From Basidiobolus meristosporus CBS 931.73 (Eukaryota; Fungi; Basidiobolomycota), in the NCBI GenBank assembly GCA_002104905.1, contig MCFE01000114.1, positions 101,976 to 165,975 on the forward strand: DNA of 64,000 nucleotides, in the 5' to 3' direction. How positions within the stretch are numbered: position 1 is the stretch's first letter; every line of letters starts with the position of its first letter. This document shows positions 11,770-24,689 of the stretch, piece by piece. Made by a program: the position numbers and the translations under genes. The notes beneath the pieces are model-generated. The model ran no database searches and was not told the origin of the DNA. It worked only from the letters and a program-made list of their open reading frames with translations.

Positions 11770-14700
11770 CTCCCACTCAGCTAAATGTTCATACTGACTA
11801 GTCCTAATTTTGACCTAAGATATTCAAACTTGTCTCTAGCTAATGGTTTGGTAAATATGTCTGCAATCATTTCATCTGTAGGACAGTAAACAAAGCTAAC
11901 TAAGTTATTCTCTATAGCTTCACGTATGAAATGATGTCTAATATCTATGTGCTTAGTTCTAGCATGAAAAGTTGGATTTCTACCTAATGGTATAAATCCT
12001 TGATCATCTTGAAATAAAGTAATAGGTGTTTTTCAACATGGGCCTAAATCTCTAAAAAGTTTTCTTAACCACATTGCTTTTCTTGTAGCTGCACAGGCTG
12101 CCATCTACTCTGCCTCTGTGGTGGAGAGTGCTACAGTTGGTTGCTTTCTTGAATTCCATGAAATTGCTCCTTTACAGTAAAAAAAGGTGTATCCTGTGGT
12201 GGATCTTCTGTCTTCCAAGTTTTGTCCCCAATCAGCATCAGAGTATCCCACAAGATTCTGCTCTGAATCCTTATAAGTGTATCTTAAGCAGATATCAGCA
12301 GTTCCTTTTAGGTATCTAAAATTTGGCTTTACTACTGCAATAGGATCAGATCCATAGTTCTGATTATGGTTGCCGACAACTCCCACTGAATATGAGATAT
12401 CTGGACGTGTTCCAAGTGTGATATACATCAGACTGTCAACCATAGATTGATAAGGAAAGTCAGGGCTTTCAGATGGCACCAAGCTCTCTTGATTTGGCTG
12501 GGTTTTGACCAAGTTAAGGTTTTTCTCCATTGAGGTAGCTACTGGTTTACAGTCTCCCATTTGGTACTTCTTTAGTATATCTTGAATATACTTGGATTGG
12601 CTTAGGGTGATAGTCTGGGTACTTCTGTTTATGGAGAACTTAGTCCCTAAGTAGTAACTAAGTTCTCCTAGATTGTACATCTCAAACCCCTTAGATAGGC
12701 TGGATTTAGTCTCTTCCAATGTTTCTAGGTTATTAGCAGCTATAATAAGATCATCCACACATAGAGCTAATATACCTGGATTTGCTCTATCTGGCTTACA
12801 GTATATACTATAGTCAGCATTACTTCTTTTGAAACTCAAAGATTCCAAATAAGAATCTATCTTGCAATTCTAGGCTCTCAGTTATTGTTTGAGACCATAT
12901 AATGACTTTTTAAGCTTGCAGACCAAATGGGGGTTATCTTTGTCAACAAACCCATCAGGCTGGTCCATATACACGTCCTCATCAAGTTCTCCATTCAAAA
13001 ATGCAGTTTTTATATCCATTTGATGAATAAAAAACTTATATTTGGCTGCAATGGCCAATATTAATCTGATGGAATTAGACTTGGCTACCAGTGCAAAGGT
13101 CTCAGTATAGTCAAGTCCTTTTGTTTGAGAGTATCCTTTGGCTACAGGTCTTGCTTTGTATCTTTCAATTGTACCATCAGCCTTGTATTTTGCCTTGAAG
13201 GCCCATCTGCATCCAATTGATATTTGGTTGATTGGTAATTTGACCAAGTCCCAAGTTTGATTTTCCATCAGGGCCTGATATTCCTCAGTCATTGCAGATC
13301 TCCAAAACTTTGTCTGAGGGCTATTTAGGGCCTCTTTTACAGTGTGGGGCGCATCAATATGGACTGAATAGGCATAGGCTAAGTTTGTACCCTCATTGAT
13401 ATAGTAGTTTGGGCTATTTCTTTTCTGATTGGATCTCTGGGCATTTGATACTGGAATGATCACTTCTGGGATACTCCTGGGCATTGATTCTGGCTGAACC
13501 ATGGTTTTAGAGTCCTCTGGAGTGAAAAAATCTTCATTGTTTTGCTCTGATTCAATCCTGACCATTGGTGGACTTGAAATCAAAATTATGTCATCATTTA
13601 ATGTCATTTTTGTGAAAATTTTGAATTTTCATCAAACAACACATCCCTGGACTTGATTGACTTCTTTGCCTTGGTATAGTAGAGTCTGTATGCCTTACAC
13701 TCATTGCAGTAGCCCAAAAATATGCATTTTACACTTTTTGGCTCAAATTTTGACTGATTTCCGGCCAGTTTTTTGGCATATACTGTACACCCAAATATTC
13801 TTAGATATTCTGCACTTGGTCTGTATCCATACCATGCTTCAAATGGAGTAGAATCACATAGTATTCTGTTATAACTCCTATTTTTAAGGTATATAGCAGT
13901 GGCAACTGATTCCACCCAAAAATTGTAGGATAATTTTTGATCATGGATCATATATCTTGCCATATCAATTATTGATCTGTTAGCATGTTCTACTACTCCA
14001 TTTTGCTGTGGGGAGTATGGTACAGTAGTCTCTTGCTTTATCCCATGAATTTTGCAAAAGTGGATGAAGAGTTCTGAGGTATATTCTCCACCATTGTCAG
14101 AGCATATTTTCTTGATTTTTTCACCAGTTTCTCTCTCCACCATGGCTTTAACATGCTGAACTTAGACAGAGCTTCTTCCTTTCTCTCCATGAAGTAGACC
14201 CATGTGTATCTTGTATAATCATCAATAAAAGTGATTAAATACTTCATCCCGCCTAAGGATAAATTTTGCATAGGTCCACACTGATCTGAGTGAATTAGAT
14301 CTAATTTTTTCTTAGTTTTGATTAACCCAGAGCTCTTGAACGGTTGTCTGGCTTGTTTCCCATATATGCAGGCTTCATAGTGCTCCAAATTAGCTGGGGG
14401 ATCAATTTTCACTCCAGAAATTAGCTGATCTTTGATCATTTGTGCAAATAATCAAAATTGATGTGCCCAAATCTCCTGTGCCAAACCATTGGTGTTTCTT
14501 CATTTAAGTTACTTATATTGGCTTCCAAATATGATGGAATATAAGTCAACTTGTATATATTCTGATCTCTGATACCCAAGGCAATATGGACACCATTTTG
14601 ATCAGTGATCTTGCATTCAGAATTGTCAAAGCAGAAACTGAGTCCTTCTGCTGTGGCCTTGCTTACAAAGAGTAGGTTCTTGGCTATTTCTGGTACATAG

Positions 14701-15752
14701 AGTACTTCTTCAAAGGTCAGTGCATGGCTTCCTTCACTGCTTCTAAGGTTTACTTAGATAGTTCCTTCTCCCACTGCATCAAGTGTTCTATTGTCACCCA
14801 TGAAAACCTTCTTAATTGGAATTTCTTGATATTGGGTAAAAAGTTCTTCTTGGTATGTAAAGTGTTGAGAAGCTCCAGAGTCAATATACCACGTCTGAGA
14901 ATCCTTGTTTGTGGTCATACTTAGTGCAGAAATGAATAGTCTATCTTCAGCTGTTGCAGCATTTCCATATTCAGGCTTCTTTTGCTGATTATCTTTCTTT
15001 TTGAGACATTGGTCTGATGTGTGTCCTTTCCTTTTGCAGTAGTTACAAAACAGGTTGCTGTTGCCTTTGTAGGGTTGTGGGTACCCCCTTTGTTGGTTAA
15101 CATTGCTTATTAAAGCATTTTCTTCTTCCTTCTTATTGGCGTTTGATTTTCTTAATTCTTCATCCAGGAGCCTTCCATATACATAATTTAAGGCCAAATC
15201 TTCAGTTCTGGACTCTAGGGCTGATACAAGGCCCTGAAACTTGTCTGTCAGGCTATTCAGGATGGTAACTATCACATCCTCATCAGTAGTTGGTACACCC
15301 ACAGATTACATTGCATCTACCAGCAGGGTAATTCTGTTAATTAGATTTTTTGTTTCTACTCCTGGCAGCATCTTTATAGTAAAGAATTTTTGTTGCAGAT
15401 ATATCTTTGTGGCAGCTGAACATGACTGGTAGGTGTCTTCTAATGCTTTCCAGGCATTCTTTGCTGTTTTTGCTCTTGAGCATTGAATTAGCAATTTGTC
15501 TTTAACACTAAGGCAAATGCAGTTAAAGGCACTTTGTTCTTTCTTCTGGTACTTTAAGGCTTCCTCTCCCATGTTTTTAGGAGGGCATTCTTCTCCCATG
15601 ACAATATCCAAAGGCCTGTTTCTTGTAGCAGCATCTTCATCTTCACCTTCCACACTTGGTAGTTAGATCCATCCAACTTTTCAGCAGAGGGAAAAATTCT
15701 AGTAATAGCAGTAGTAGACATTGCAGAGAGTGACAGCTTGGGGCTCATAACC

Positions 15753-16100
15753 TGTTGTAAGAGTCTTGGAGATATTGGAAGTGATTGGGAGAACAAGTAG
15801 ATTATGTGGTTTTCACTTAATGATTTATTGAATGTAAAAGTAGTATTTATACTTTTACCTGGTCTTGGCATTACAAACACGTAGAATAGGTTAAGAAAGG
15901 TCCCAAGAGCATGTGTGCAAAGTTTGGGGCTATTGGACAACTTTGAGAATTTTCATGTTCTGGGTACCTGGTGTTTTGGTGAAAATATTCTAAGTAAATC
16001 CCGACAAGGAATTTGTTCAGTATTCTCTAGGATTTGAAGGTAATGATCTAAGTGACTAAGTTAGGTGAATATTTAGGTGGAAATACAAATTTTTACAACA
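15753..16100 (-). repeat. 5' LTR of copia-1
   Basis: TG...CA termini, abuts the PBS; TATA-like tataaata on the minus strand. Confidence 0.95.
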
Positions 16101-16209
16101 TTTATTACCTTGCTACCTTCTATCAGAAGCTATTCTGAACCAGGTGGTACTGACTTGACCTACAAGCACTCCCACTCACCAAGTACAGTCAGTAATAAGC
16201 CACAAAGCT

Positions 16210-17666
16210 GAGTCCTTCTGCTGTGGCCTTGCTTACAGATAGTAGGTTCTTGGCTATTTCTGGTACCTAGAATACTTCTTCAAAGGTCAGTGCATGGCTT
16301 CCTTCACTGCTTCTAGGGTTTAGTTGAATAATTCTGTCTCCCACTGCATCAAGTGTTCTATTGTTACCTATGAAAACCTTCTGCATTGGAATTTCTTGGT
16401 ATTGGGTAAAAGTACTTTTTGGTATGTAGAGTGTTGAGATGCTCCAGATTCAATGTATCACATCTGAGAGTCTTTTTTTGTGGTCATATTTAGTGTAGAT
16501 ATGAATAGTCCGTCTTCAGTTGTTGCAATATTTCCATATTTAGGCTTCTTTGCTAATTATCACTCTTTTTGAGACACCAGTCTGATGTGTGTTCTTTCCT
16601 TTTGCAGTAGTTGCAAAACAGGTTGCTGTTGCCTTTGTAAGGACATGAATACCTTCTTTTTGGATATCATTGCCAATTGAAGCACTTTCTTCTTCCTTCT
16701 TATTGGTGCTTGATTCTCTTAATTCTTCATTCTGGAACCTTCCATATATGCAATTTAAGGTCAAATGCTCAGTTCTGGACTCTAGGGCTGATATAAGGCC
16801 CTGAAACCTGTCAGTCAGGCTATTCAGGATGGTTACTATCATATCCTCATCTGTGACTGGTATATCCACAGACTCAATCTCATCCATCAGCAGGGTAATT
16901 CTGCTAATTAGAATTTTCATTTCATCTCCTGGCAGCATCTTTGTAGTAAAGACTTTTTGTCTAAGATGCATTTTCTTAGCAGCTGAACATGACTGGTAGT
17001 TGTCTTCTAATGCCTTCCAGGCATTCTTTGCAGTTTTTGCACTTGAGCATTGAATTTGCAACTTGTCTTCAACATTAAGGCAAATGCAGTCAAAGGCACT
17101 TTGTTCTTCCTTATGGTACTTTGAGTCTTCCTTTCCCACGTTTTTAGGAGAGCATTCTTCTCCCATGACAATATCTCAAAGGCCTCTTTCTTGTAGCAGC
17201 ATTTTCATCTTCACCTTCCATACTTGGTAGTTAGACCCATCCAACTTTTCAGCAGAGGGAAAAATTCCAGTAATAGCAGTAATAGACATTGCAGAGAGTA
17301 ACAGCTTGGGGCTCATAACCTGTTGAAAGAGTCTTGGAGATATCAGAAGTGATATGGGAGGACAAGTAGATTACATGGCTTTCATTGAGTGATTTATTGA
17401 ATGTAAAAGAGGTATATATTCTTTTACATGTTCCTGGCATATCAAAGACATAGAATAGGCTAAGGAAGGTCCCAAGAATATTTGTGCAAAGTTTAGGGCT
17501 GTTTGGACAACTTTGAGAATTTTCATGTTCTGGGTATCTGGTATTATGGTGAAAATATTTCAAGTAAATCCTAACAAGGAACTTGGTTGGTATTCCCCAG
17601 GATTTGAAGGTAATGATCTGACTAAGTCAGGTGATTGTATAGGTGGAATTACAAATCTTTACAACA
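16210..17666 (-). mobile_element. Copia-B 5' part: LTR 17321-17666, PBS 17309-17320, gag-protease
   Basis: Diverged gag ORF 16540-17166 (SAFDCICLNVEDKL...); continues into 11140 after removing nested inserts. Confidence 0.92.
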
Positions 17667-18081
17667 GTTGAGACACTTACCATAACACAAAGGTGCTCAC
17701 ACCCCTATTTTAAAGCATACTGTCTATAACCTAAGCCCCTTCCAGTGAGATATATAAATCTGATTAAGTCAAGATTGTAATAGCAGGGATTTTTGGACAT
17801 AATAAAAACATATCTTCATTACCTTACTACCCTCTATTAGGAGCTATTCTGAGCCAAATGGTACTGACTTGACATACAAGCTCTCTCAGCTACCATGTAG
17901 AGGCAGTAGTAACCCACAACCTCTACCAAAAAAGCACCTGAGTGTATCTACAAGGTGGACTAGAACCCAGCAGGGCAAAGGAATATATTGGCCAAGCACC
18001 AAAAAGTATTTTGCAGATATTCAAGAGGTTTTCATGGCAAGGGTGGTGGCAACCAAGTATATGGTAGCATGATGTATATGC
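17667..18081 (-). mobile_element. Family X LTR (17667-~17905, truncated) plus adjacent internal sequence
   Basis: Aligns with solo LTR 11268-11420/16106-16204; purine-rich ggtagagg abuts the LTR on the minus strand; 17930-18081 aligns with 3150-3300. Confidence 0.7.
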
Positions 18082-21000
18082 TGTTGTAAAAATTTGTATT
18101 TCCATCTAAATATTCACCTAACTTAGTCACTTAGATCAACACCTTCAAATCCTAGAGAATACTGACCAAATTCCTTGTCGGGATTTACTTAGAATATTTT
18201 CACCAAAATACCAGGTACCCAAACATGAAAACTCTCAAAGTTGTCCAAACGGCCCCAAACTTTGCACACATGTTCTTGGGACCTTCCTTAACCTATTCTA
18301 TGTCTTTGATATGCCAGGAACATGTAAAAGTATATATACCTCTTTTACATTCAATAAATCACTCAATGAAAGCCATGTAATCTACTTGTCCTCCCATATC
18401 ACTTCTGATATCTCCAAGACTCTTACAACAGGTTATGAGCCCCAAGCTGTTACTCTCTGCAATGTCTATTACTGCTATTACTGGAATTTTTCCCTCTGCT
18501 GAAAAGTTGGATGGGTCTAACTACCAAGTATGGAAGGTGAAGATGAAAATGCTGCTACAAGAAAGAGGCCTTTGAGATATTGTCATGGGAGAAGAATGCC
18601 CTCCTAAAAACATGGGAGAGGAAGCCTTAAAGTACCAGAAGAAAGAACAAAGTGCCTTTAACTGCATTTGCCTTAATGTCAAGGACAAATTGCTAATTCA
18701 ATGCTCAAGAGCAAAAACAGCAAAGAATGCCTGGAAAGCATTGGAAGACACCTACCAGTCATGTTCAGCTGCCAAGAAAATGTATCTGCAACAAAAATTC
18801 TTTACTACAAAGATGCTGCCCGGAGAAGAAATGAAAAATCTAATTAACAGAATTACCCTGCTGGTAGATGAGATGGAATCTGTGGGCGTACCAACTACTG
18901 ATGAGGATGTGATAGTTACCATCCTGAATAGCCTGACAGACACGTTCCAGGGCCTTATATCAGCCCTAGAGTCCAGAACTGAAGATTTGACCTTAAATTA
19001 TGTATATGGAAGGCTCCTGGATGAAGAATTAAGAAAATCAAACGCCAATAAGAAGGAGAAGAAAATGCTTTAATAAGCAATGATAACCAACAAAGGAGGT
19101 ACCCAAGACCCTGCAAAGGCAACAGCAACCTGTTTTGTAACTACTGCAAAAGGAAAGGACACACATCAGACCTGTGTCTCAAAAAGAAAGATAATCAGCA
19201 AAAGAAGCCTGAATATGGAAATGCTGCAACAGCTGAAGATAGACTATTCATTTCTGCACTAAGTATGACCACAAACAAGGATTCTCAGACGTGGTATATT
19301 GACTCTGGAACATCTCAACACTTTACACACCAAAAAGAACTTTTTACCCAATATCAAGAAATTCCAATTAAGAAGGTTTTCATGGGTGACAATAGAACAC
19401 TTGATGCAGTGGGAGAAGGAACTATCCAAGTAAACCTTAAAAGCAGTAAAGGAAGCCATACAATGACCTTTAAAGAAGTACTCCATGTACCAGAAATAGC
19501 CAAGAACCTACTCTCTGTAAGCAAGGCCACAGCAGAAGGACTCAGTTTCAGTTTTGACAATTCTGGATGCAGGATCACAGATCAAAATGGTGCTCATATT
19601 GCTTTGGGCATCAGAGATCAGAGTATATACAAGTTGACTTATATTCAATCATATCTGGAAGCCAATATAAGTAACTTAAATGAAGAAACACCAATGCTTT
19701 GGCACAGGAGATTTGGACACATCAATTTTGATTATTTGCGTAAAATGATCAAAGATCAGCTAATTTCTGGAGTGAAAATTGATCCCCCAGCTAATTTGGA
19801 GCACTGTGAAGCCTGCATATATGGGAAACAAGCCAGACAACCGTTCAAGAGCTCTGGGTTAATCAAAACTAAGAAAAAATTAAATCTAATTCACTCAGAT
19901 CTGTGTGGACCTATGCAAAGTTTATCCTTAGGTGGGATGAAGTATTTAATCACTTTTATTGATGATTATACAAGATACACATGGGTCTACTTCATGGAGA
20001 GAAAGGAAGAAGCTCTGTCTAAGTTCAGGGAGTTTAAAGCCATGGTGGAGAGAGAAACTGGTGAAAAAATCAAGAAAATACGCTCTGAAAATGGTGGAAA
20101 ATATACCTCAAAACTCTTCACCCACTTCTGCAAAATTCATGGGATAAAGCAAGAGACTACTGTACCATACCCCCCACAGCAAAATGGAGTAGCAGAACAA
20201 GCTAACAGATCAATAATTGATATGGCAAGATATATGATCCATGATCAAAAATTATCCTATTATTTTTGGGCGGAATCAGTTGCCACTGCTGTATACCTTA
20301 AAAATAGGAGTTATAACAGAATACTATGTGATTCTACTCCATTTGAAGCATGGTATGGATACAGACCAAGGGCAGAACATCTAAGAATATTTGGGTGTAC
20401 AGCATATGCCAAAAAACTGGCCAGAAATCAGTCAAAATTTGAGCCAAAAAGTGTAAAATGCATATTTTTGGGCTACTGCAATGAGAGTAAGGCATACAGA
20501 CTCTACAATACCAAAGCAAAGAAGCTGATCAAGCCCAGGGATGTGTTGTTTGATGAAAATTCAAAAATTTCACAAAAAATGACATCAGATGATGACAAAA
20601 ATTTGATCTCAAGTCCACCAATTGTCAGGATTGAAGCCGAGCAAAACAATGAAAATTTTTTCACTCCAGAGGACTCTACAACCGTGATTCAGCCAGAATC
20701 AGTGCCCAGGAATATCCCAGAAGTGATCATTCCAGTATCAAATGCCTGGAGATCCAATTGGACAAGAAATAGCCCAAATTACTATATTAATGAAGGTACA
20801 AACTTAGCCTATGCCTATTCAGTCCATATTGATGAGCCCCACACTGTAAAAGAGGCCCTAAATAGCCCTCAGACAAAGTTTTGGAGATCTGCCATGACTG
20901 AGGAATATCAGGCCCTGATGGAAAATCAAACTTGGGACTTAGTCAAATTACCATTCAACCAAAAATCAATTGGATGTAGAAGGGTCTTCAAGACAAAGTA

Positions 21001-22755
21001 CAAGGCTGATGGTACAATTGAAAGATACAAAGCAAGACTTGTAGCCAAAGGATACTCTCAAACAAAAGGACCTGACTATACTGAGACCTTTGCACCGGTA
21101 GCCAAGTTTAATTCCATCAGATTAATATTGGCCATTGCAGCCAAATATAAGTTTTTTATTCATCAAATGGATGTAAAAACTGCATTTTTGAATGGAGAAC
21201 TTGATGAGGACGTGTATATGGACCAGCCTGATGGGTTTGCTGACCAAGATAACCCCCATTTGGTCTGCAAGCTTAAAAAGTCACTATATGGTCTCATACA
21301 ATCACGAAGAGCCTGGAATTGCAAGATAGATTTTTATTTGGAATCTTTGAGTTTCAAAAGAAGTAATGCTGACTATAGTATATACTATAAGCCAGATAGA
21401 GCAAATCCAGTTCTATTAGCTCTATGTGTGGATGATCTTATCATAGCCGCCAATAACCTAGAAACATTGGAAGAGACTAAATCCAGCCTATCTAAGGAGT
21501 TCAAGATGTCCAATCTAGGAGAACTTAGTTACTACTTAGGGATTTAGTTCTCCATAGACAGAAGTACCCAGACTATCACCCTAAGCCAATCCAAGTATAT
21601 TCAAGATATACTAAAGAAGTACAAAATGGAAGACTGTAAACCAGCAGCTACCCCAATGGAGACAAACCTTAACTTGGTCAAAACTCAACCAAATCAAGAG
21701 AGCTTGGTGCCATCTGAAAGCCCTGACTTTCCTTATCAATCTATGGCCGGCAGTCTGATGTATATCATGCTTGGAACACGTCCAGATATCTCATATTCAG
21801 TGGGAGTTGACAGCCAACATAATCAGAATTATGGATCTGATCATATTGCAGCAGTTAAGCGGATTTTTAGATACCTAAAAGAAACTACTGATATCTGCTT
21901 AAGATACACTTATAAGAGTTCAGAACAGGATCTTGTGGGATACTCTGATGCTGATTGGGAAAAAATTTGGAAGACAGAAGATCCACCACAGGATACACCT
22001 TTCTTTACTGTAAAGGAGCAATTTCATGGAATTCAAGAAAGCAACCAACCGTAGCACTTTCTACTACAGAGGCAGAGTATATGGCAGCCTGTGAAGCTAC
22101 AAAAGAAGCAATGTGGTTAAGAAAGCTCTTTACAGATTTAGGCCTATGTCAAAAATTACTTTATTTCAAGATAATCTAGGATGTATACAATTAGGTAGAA
22201 ATCCAACTTTTCATGCTAGAACCAAGCACATAGATATTAGACATCATTTCAAAGTGAAGCTATAGAGAATAACTTAGTTAGCTTAGTTTACTGTCCTACA
22301 GATGAAATGATTGCAGACATATTTACCAAACCATTAGCTAGAGACAAGTTTGAATATCTTAAGTCAAAATTAGGACTAGTCAGTGTGAACATTTAGCTGA
22401 GTGGGAGTGTTGTAAAAATTTGTATTTCCACCTAAATATTCACCTAACTTAGTCACTTAGATCATCACCTTCAAATCCTAGAGAATACTGACCAAATTCC
22501 TTGTCGGGATTTACTTAGAATATTTTCACCAAAATACCAGGTACCCAGAACATGAAAATTCTCAAAGTTGTCTAAACAGCCCCAAACTTTACACACATGC
22601 TCTTGGGACCTTCCTTAACCTATTCTATGTGTTGTAATGCCAAGACCAGGTAAAAGTATAAATACTACTTTTACACTCAATAAATCATTAAGTGAAAGCC
22701 ACATAATCTACTTGTTCTCCCAATCACTTCCAATATCTCCAGGACTCTCACAACA
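18082..22755 (+). mobile_element. Full-length Ty1/copia retrotransposon copia-2 (4674 bp, defective)
   Basis: LTRs 18082-18430 and 22408-22755, TSD TATGC both sides, PBS 18431-18442, PPT gagtgggag 22399-22407; gag ATG 18462 with TGA at 18573, frameshift ~19060, 760-aa pol ORF 19265-21547, further stops and frameshifts. Confidence 0.98.
18431..18442 (+). promoter_or_regulatory. Primer-binding site GGTTATGAGCCC (half tRNA-iMet type)
   Basis: Complementary to the GGGCUCAUAACC anticodon arm of fungal initiator tRNA; directly follows the LTR CA; identical 12-mer in four elements. Confidence 0.88.
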
Positions 22756-22760
22756 TATGC

Positions 22761-23420
22761 TATCAGCAATACAAGGCTTATGGCAACCTTGAAAGTATCA
22801 CACTGAAAAGCCATAATGTTGAGGTGATAGAAGTGATTCAATTGCAGCAGGTGTGCACATATGTAGATGTTAGTAAGCAGGAGGCCATAGTTTTGTTTTC
22901 AAACTATTTGTGAAATACATATGGTAGTAGTGGGTAAGCAGATACATTGGAATGAGCATACAGTGATAAATATGAATGGCACAAGGGGAGGTAGCAAAAG
23001 GAAATACCATTTGGTAAATTGGTATGCTAGCAATATACAGTACCAGCTATGGGCTGTCATACTGCCATTATAATGCCAAAAGATGTTTGTATCAAGGCCA
23101 TCAAAATACTGTCAAGTTCTCTTCTATATATGGCAATCTGATGTACTGGCCTGTTGGGTCTTCTCAAATAGGTGTAGGCCACTATTGAATCATAAGAATA
23201 TCATTGAAATCCTGTCATAAGACCATTTAAACACCATTAAGTTTATTTACCTACTGAGCAGTAGACTCAGCAAGACACCATCACAATCTTGTCACATAAG
23301 TGTGAGGGGGTCAATAATTTCAAGCTGCAGGTGTTACTGCAGCCTCATTGCAGGATCTTGACAGCCAATCTGGATTGGATCCACGCACAGGACCAAATTA
23401 TTTTTCTTAGGGTATACCTA
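22761..23420 (-). repeat. Family X copy 3, continuation after the copia-2 insertion
   Basis: Minus-strand frame VHQIAIYRRELDSILMAL...GIIMAV*QP..G...HTNLPNGISFCYLP, collinear with 2760-2920. Confidence 0.65.
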
Positions 23421-23429
23421 CTAGACTTG

Positions 23430-23865
23430 GCTGCTAGATCTCAGCAACTTCTCAGCAGAGGGAAGAATTTAAACATAACCAGTAGTAGCTACTTCAAAAA
23501 GTGATAGCTTAGGGCTCATAGCTGGCTGTAAGATTTTGAAGATACCTGTGGTGATTGAGGGAGCAGATATAGTATGTGGTACTCACCTGATGATTTATTG
23601 AATGTAAAAGCATTTTTGTACATTACATAGTCTTGGCAGATCTAACATACAGAATATGTTTAAGAAGGTCCCAAGATCATGTATGCAAACTTTGGGGTTG
23701 TTTAGGCAACATTGAAAAATTGCATGCTCTGGGTAACTGATACTTTGGTGAAAATACTCTTAGTCCAGGCTAAGAACTAACTGAGGAGTATCTGAGATTT
23801 GTAGTTAATAATCTAAGTGGCCAAGTGAGGCAAGTATATAGGTGCAAATACAAACTTTCAATACA
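23430..23865 (-). mobile_element. Decayed copia 5' LTR (~23521-23865) with PBS and gag start
   Basis: agggctcatagc PBS remnant at ~23510-23521; LTR motifs aaggtcccaaga, tttggggtt, gaaaatact. Confidence 0.75.
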
Positions 23866-23889
23866 TTAGAGGGTCTTGAGTGCCTTCTT

Positions 23890-24620
23890 TGGTGGCTATC
23901 ATTGTTTATTAAAGCATTGTCTTCTTCCTACATATTTGCACTGGATTTTCTAAATTCCATATCTAGGACTTCTATATGGATACTTTAAGATCATAACCTC
24001 AGTTCTGCACTCTAGGGCTTATAAGAAGCCCTAAAATATGCCTTTCAGGCTATGCAGGTGGGTAGCTACTGTGGTAATGGTCTTGGAGATATTGGAAGTG
24101 ACTAGGAGAACAAGTTGATTATATGGTTTTCACTTAGTTAATTATTGAATGTAAAAGGAGTATTTATACTTTAGTATAATCTTGGCATAATAAGCCCATA
24201 GAGTTGGTTTAGGAAGGTCCCAAGAGCATGTGTGCAAAGCTTGGGGCTGTTTGAGCAACTTTGAGAATTTTCATGTTCCAGGTACCTGATATTTAGGTGA
24301 AGATAATGTGAGTATATCCCAGCAAGGAATTTGATCAGTATTCTATAGAGCTTGTAGGTAATGATCTACATCACTAAGTTAGGTGAATATTTAGGTGGAG
24401 ATATAAATTTTCACAACAGCTATGACATCTTCATGAATAGATTGTATGACCATTGATTTCATCTCATTGGTCAACAGAGCAATTGTGATAGTTAGATATC
24501 CCATTTCTTCTCTTGGCAGAATCTTTTTGATAAAATATTTTGGCCAAGATACTCGCTCTTAATAGCTGAACATGTCTGATAGATGTCTTCTAATGATGCC
24601 CTGGCATTCCTTGCTACTTT
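23890..24620 (-). mobile_element. Copia gag fragment carrying a solo copia LTR (24070-24418)
   Basis: Gag similarity on both sides; solo LTR tgtggtaa...tcacaaca with TSD GCTAC (24065-24069) / GCTAT (24419-24423). Confidence 0.8.
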
Positions 24621-24689
24621 TAGATGAATTACAAAATATACAACACAATGCACCCTGATGTTTTTATCACACAGGGCAATTATATATTA

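Larger units (their letters stand above)
11421..16100 (-). mobile_element. Full-length Ty1/copia retrotransposon copia-1 (4680 bp, defective)
   Basis: LTRs 15753-16100 and 11421-11769, TSD TTTAT both sides, PBS 15741-15752, PPT next to 11769; gag (CX2CX4HX4C), PR (WYIDSGAS), IN, RT, RNase H in copia order with frameshifts and stops. Confidence 0.97.
11146..16204. mobile_element. Solo LTR of family X (~374 bp: 11146-11420 + 16106-16204), split by copia-1
   Basis: TG...CA ends (tgtgagt / aagccaca), 5-bp TSD AAGCT at 11141-11145 and 16205-16209; removing it restores copia-B pol; homologous to 17667-17905. Confidence 0.85.

Noticed and set aside
8588-17671. Copia-B as a single intact TSD-bounded insertion
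   Set aside because: Flanks GGAGA and GTTGA do not match and the left LTR is truncated; the left end is rearranged or from another copy.
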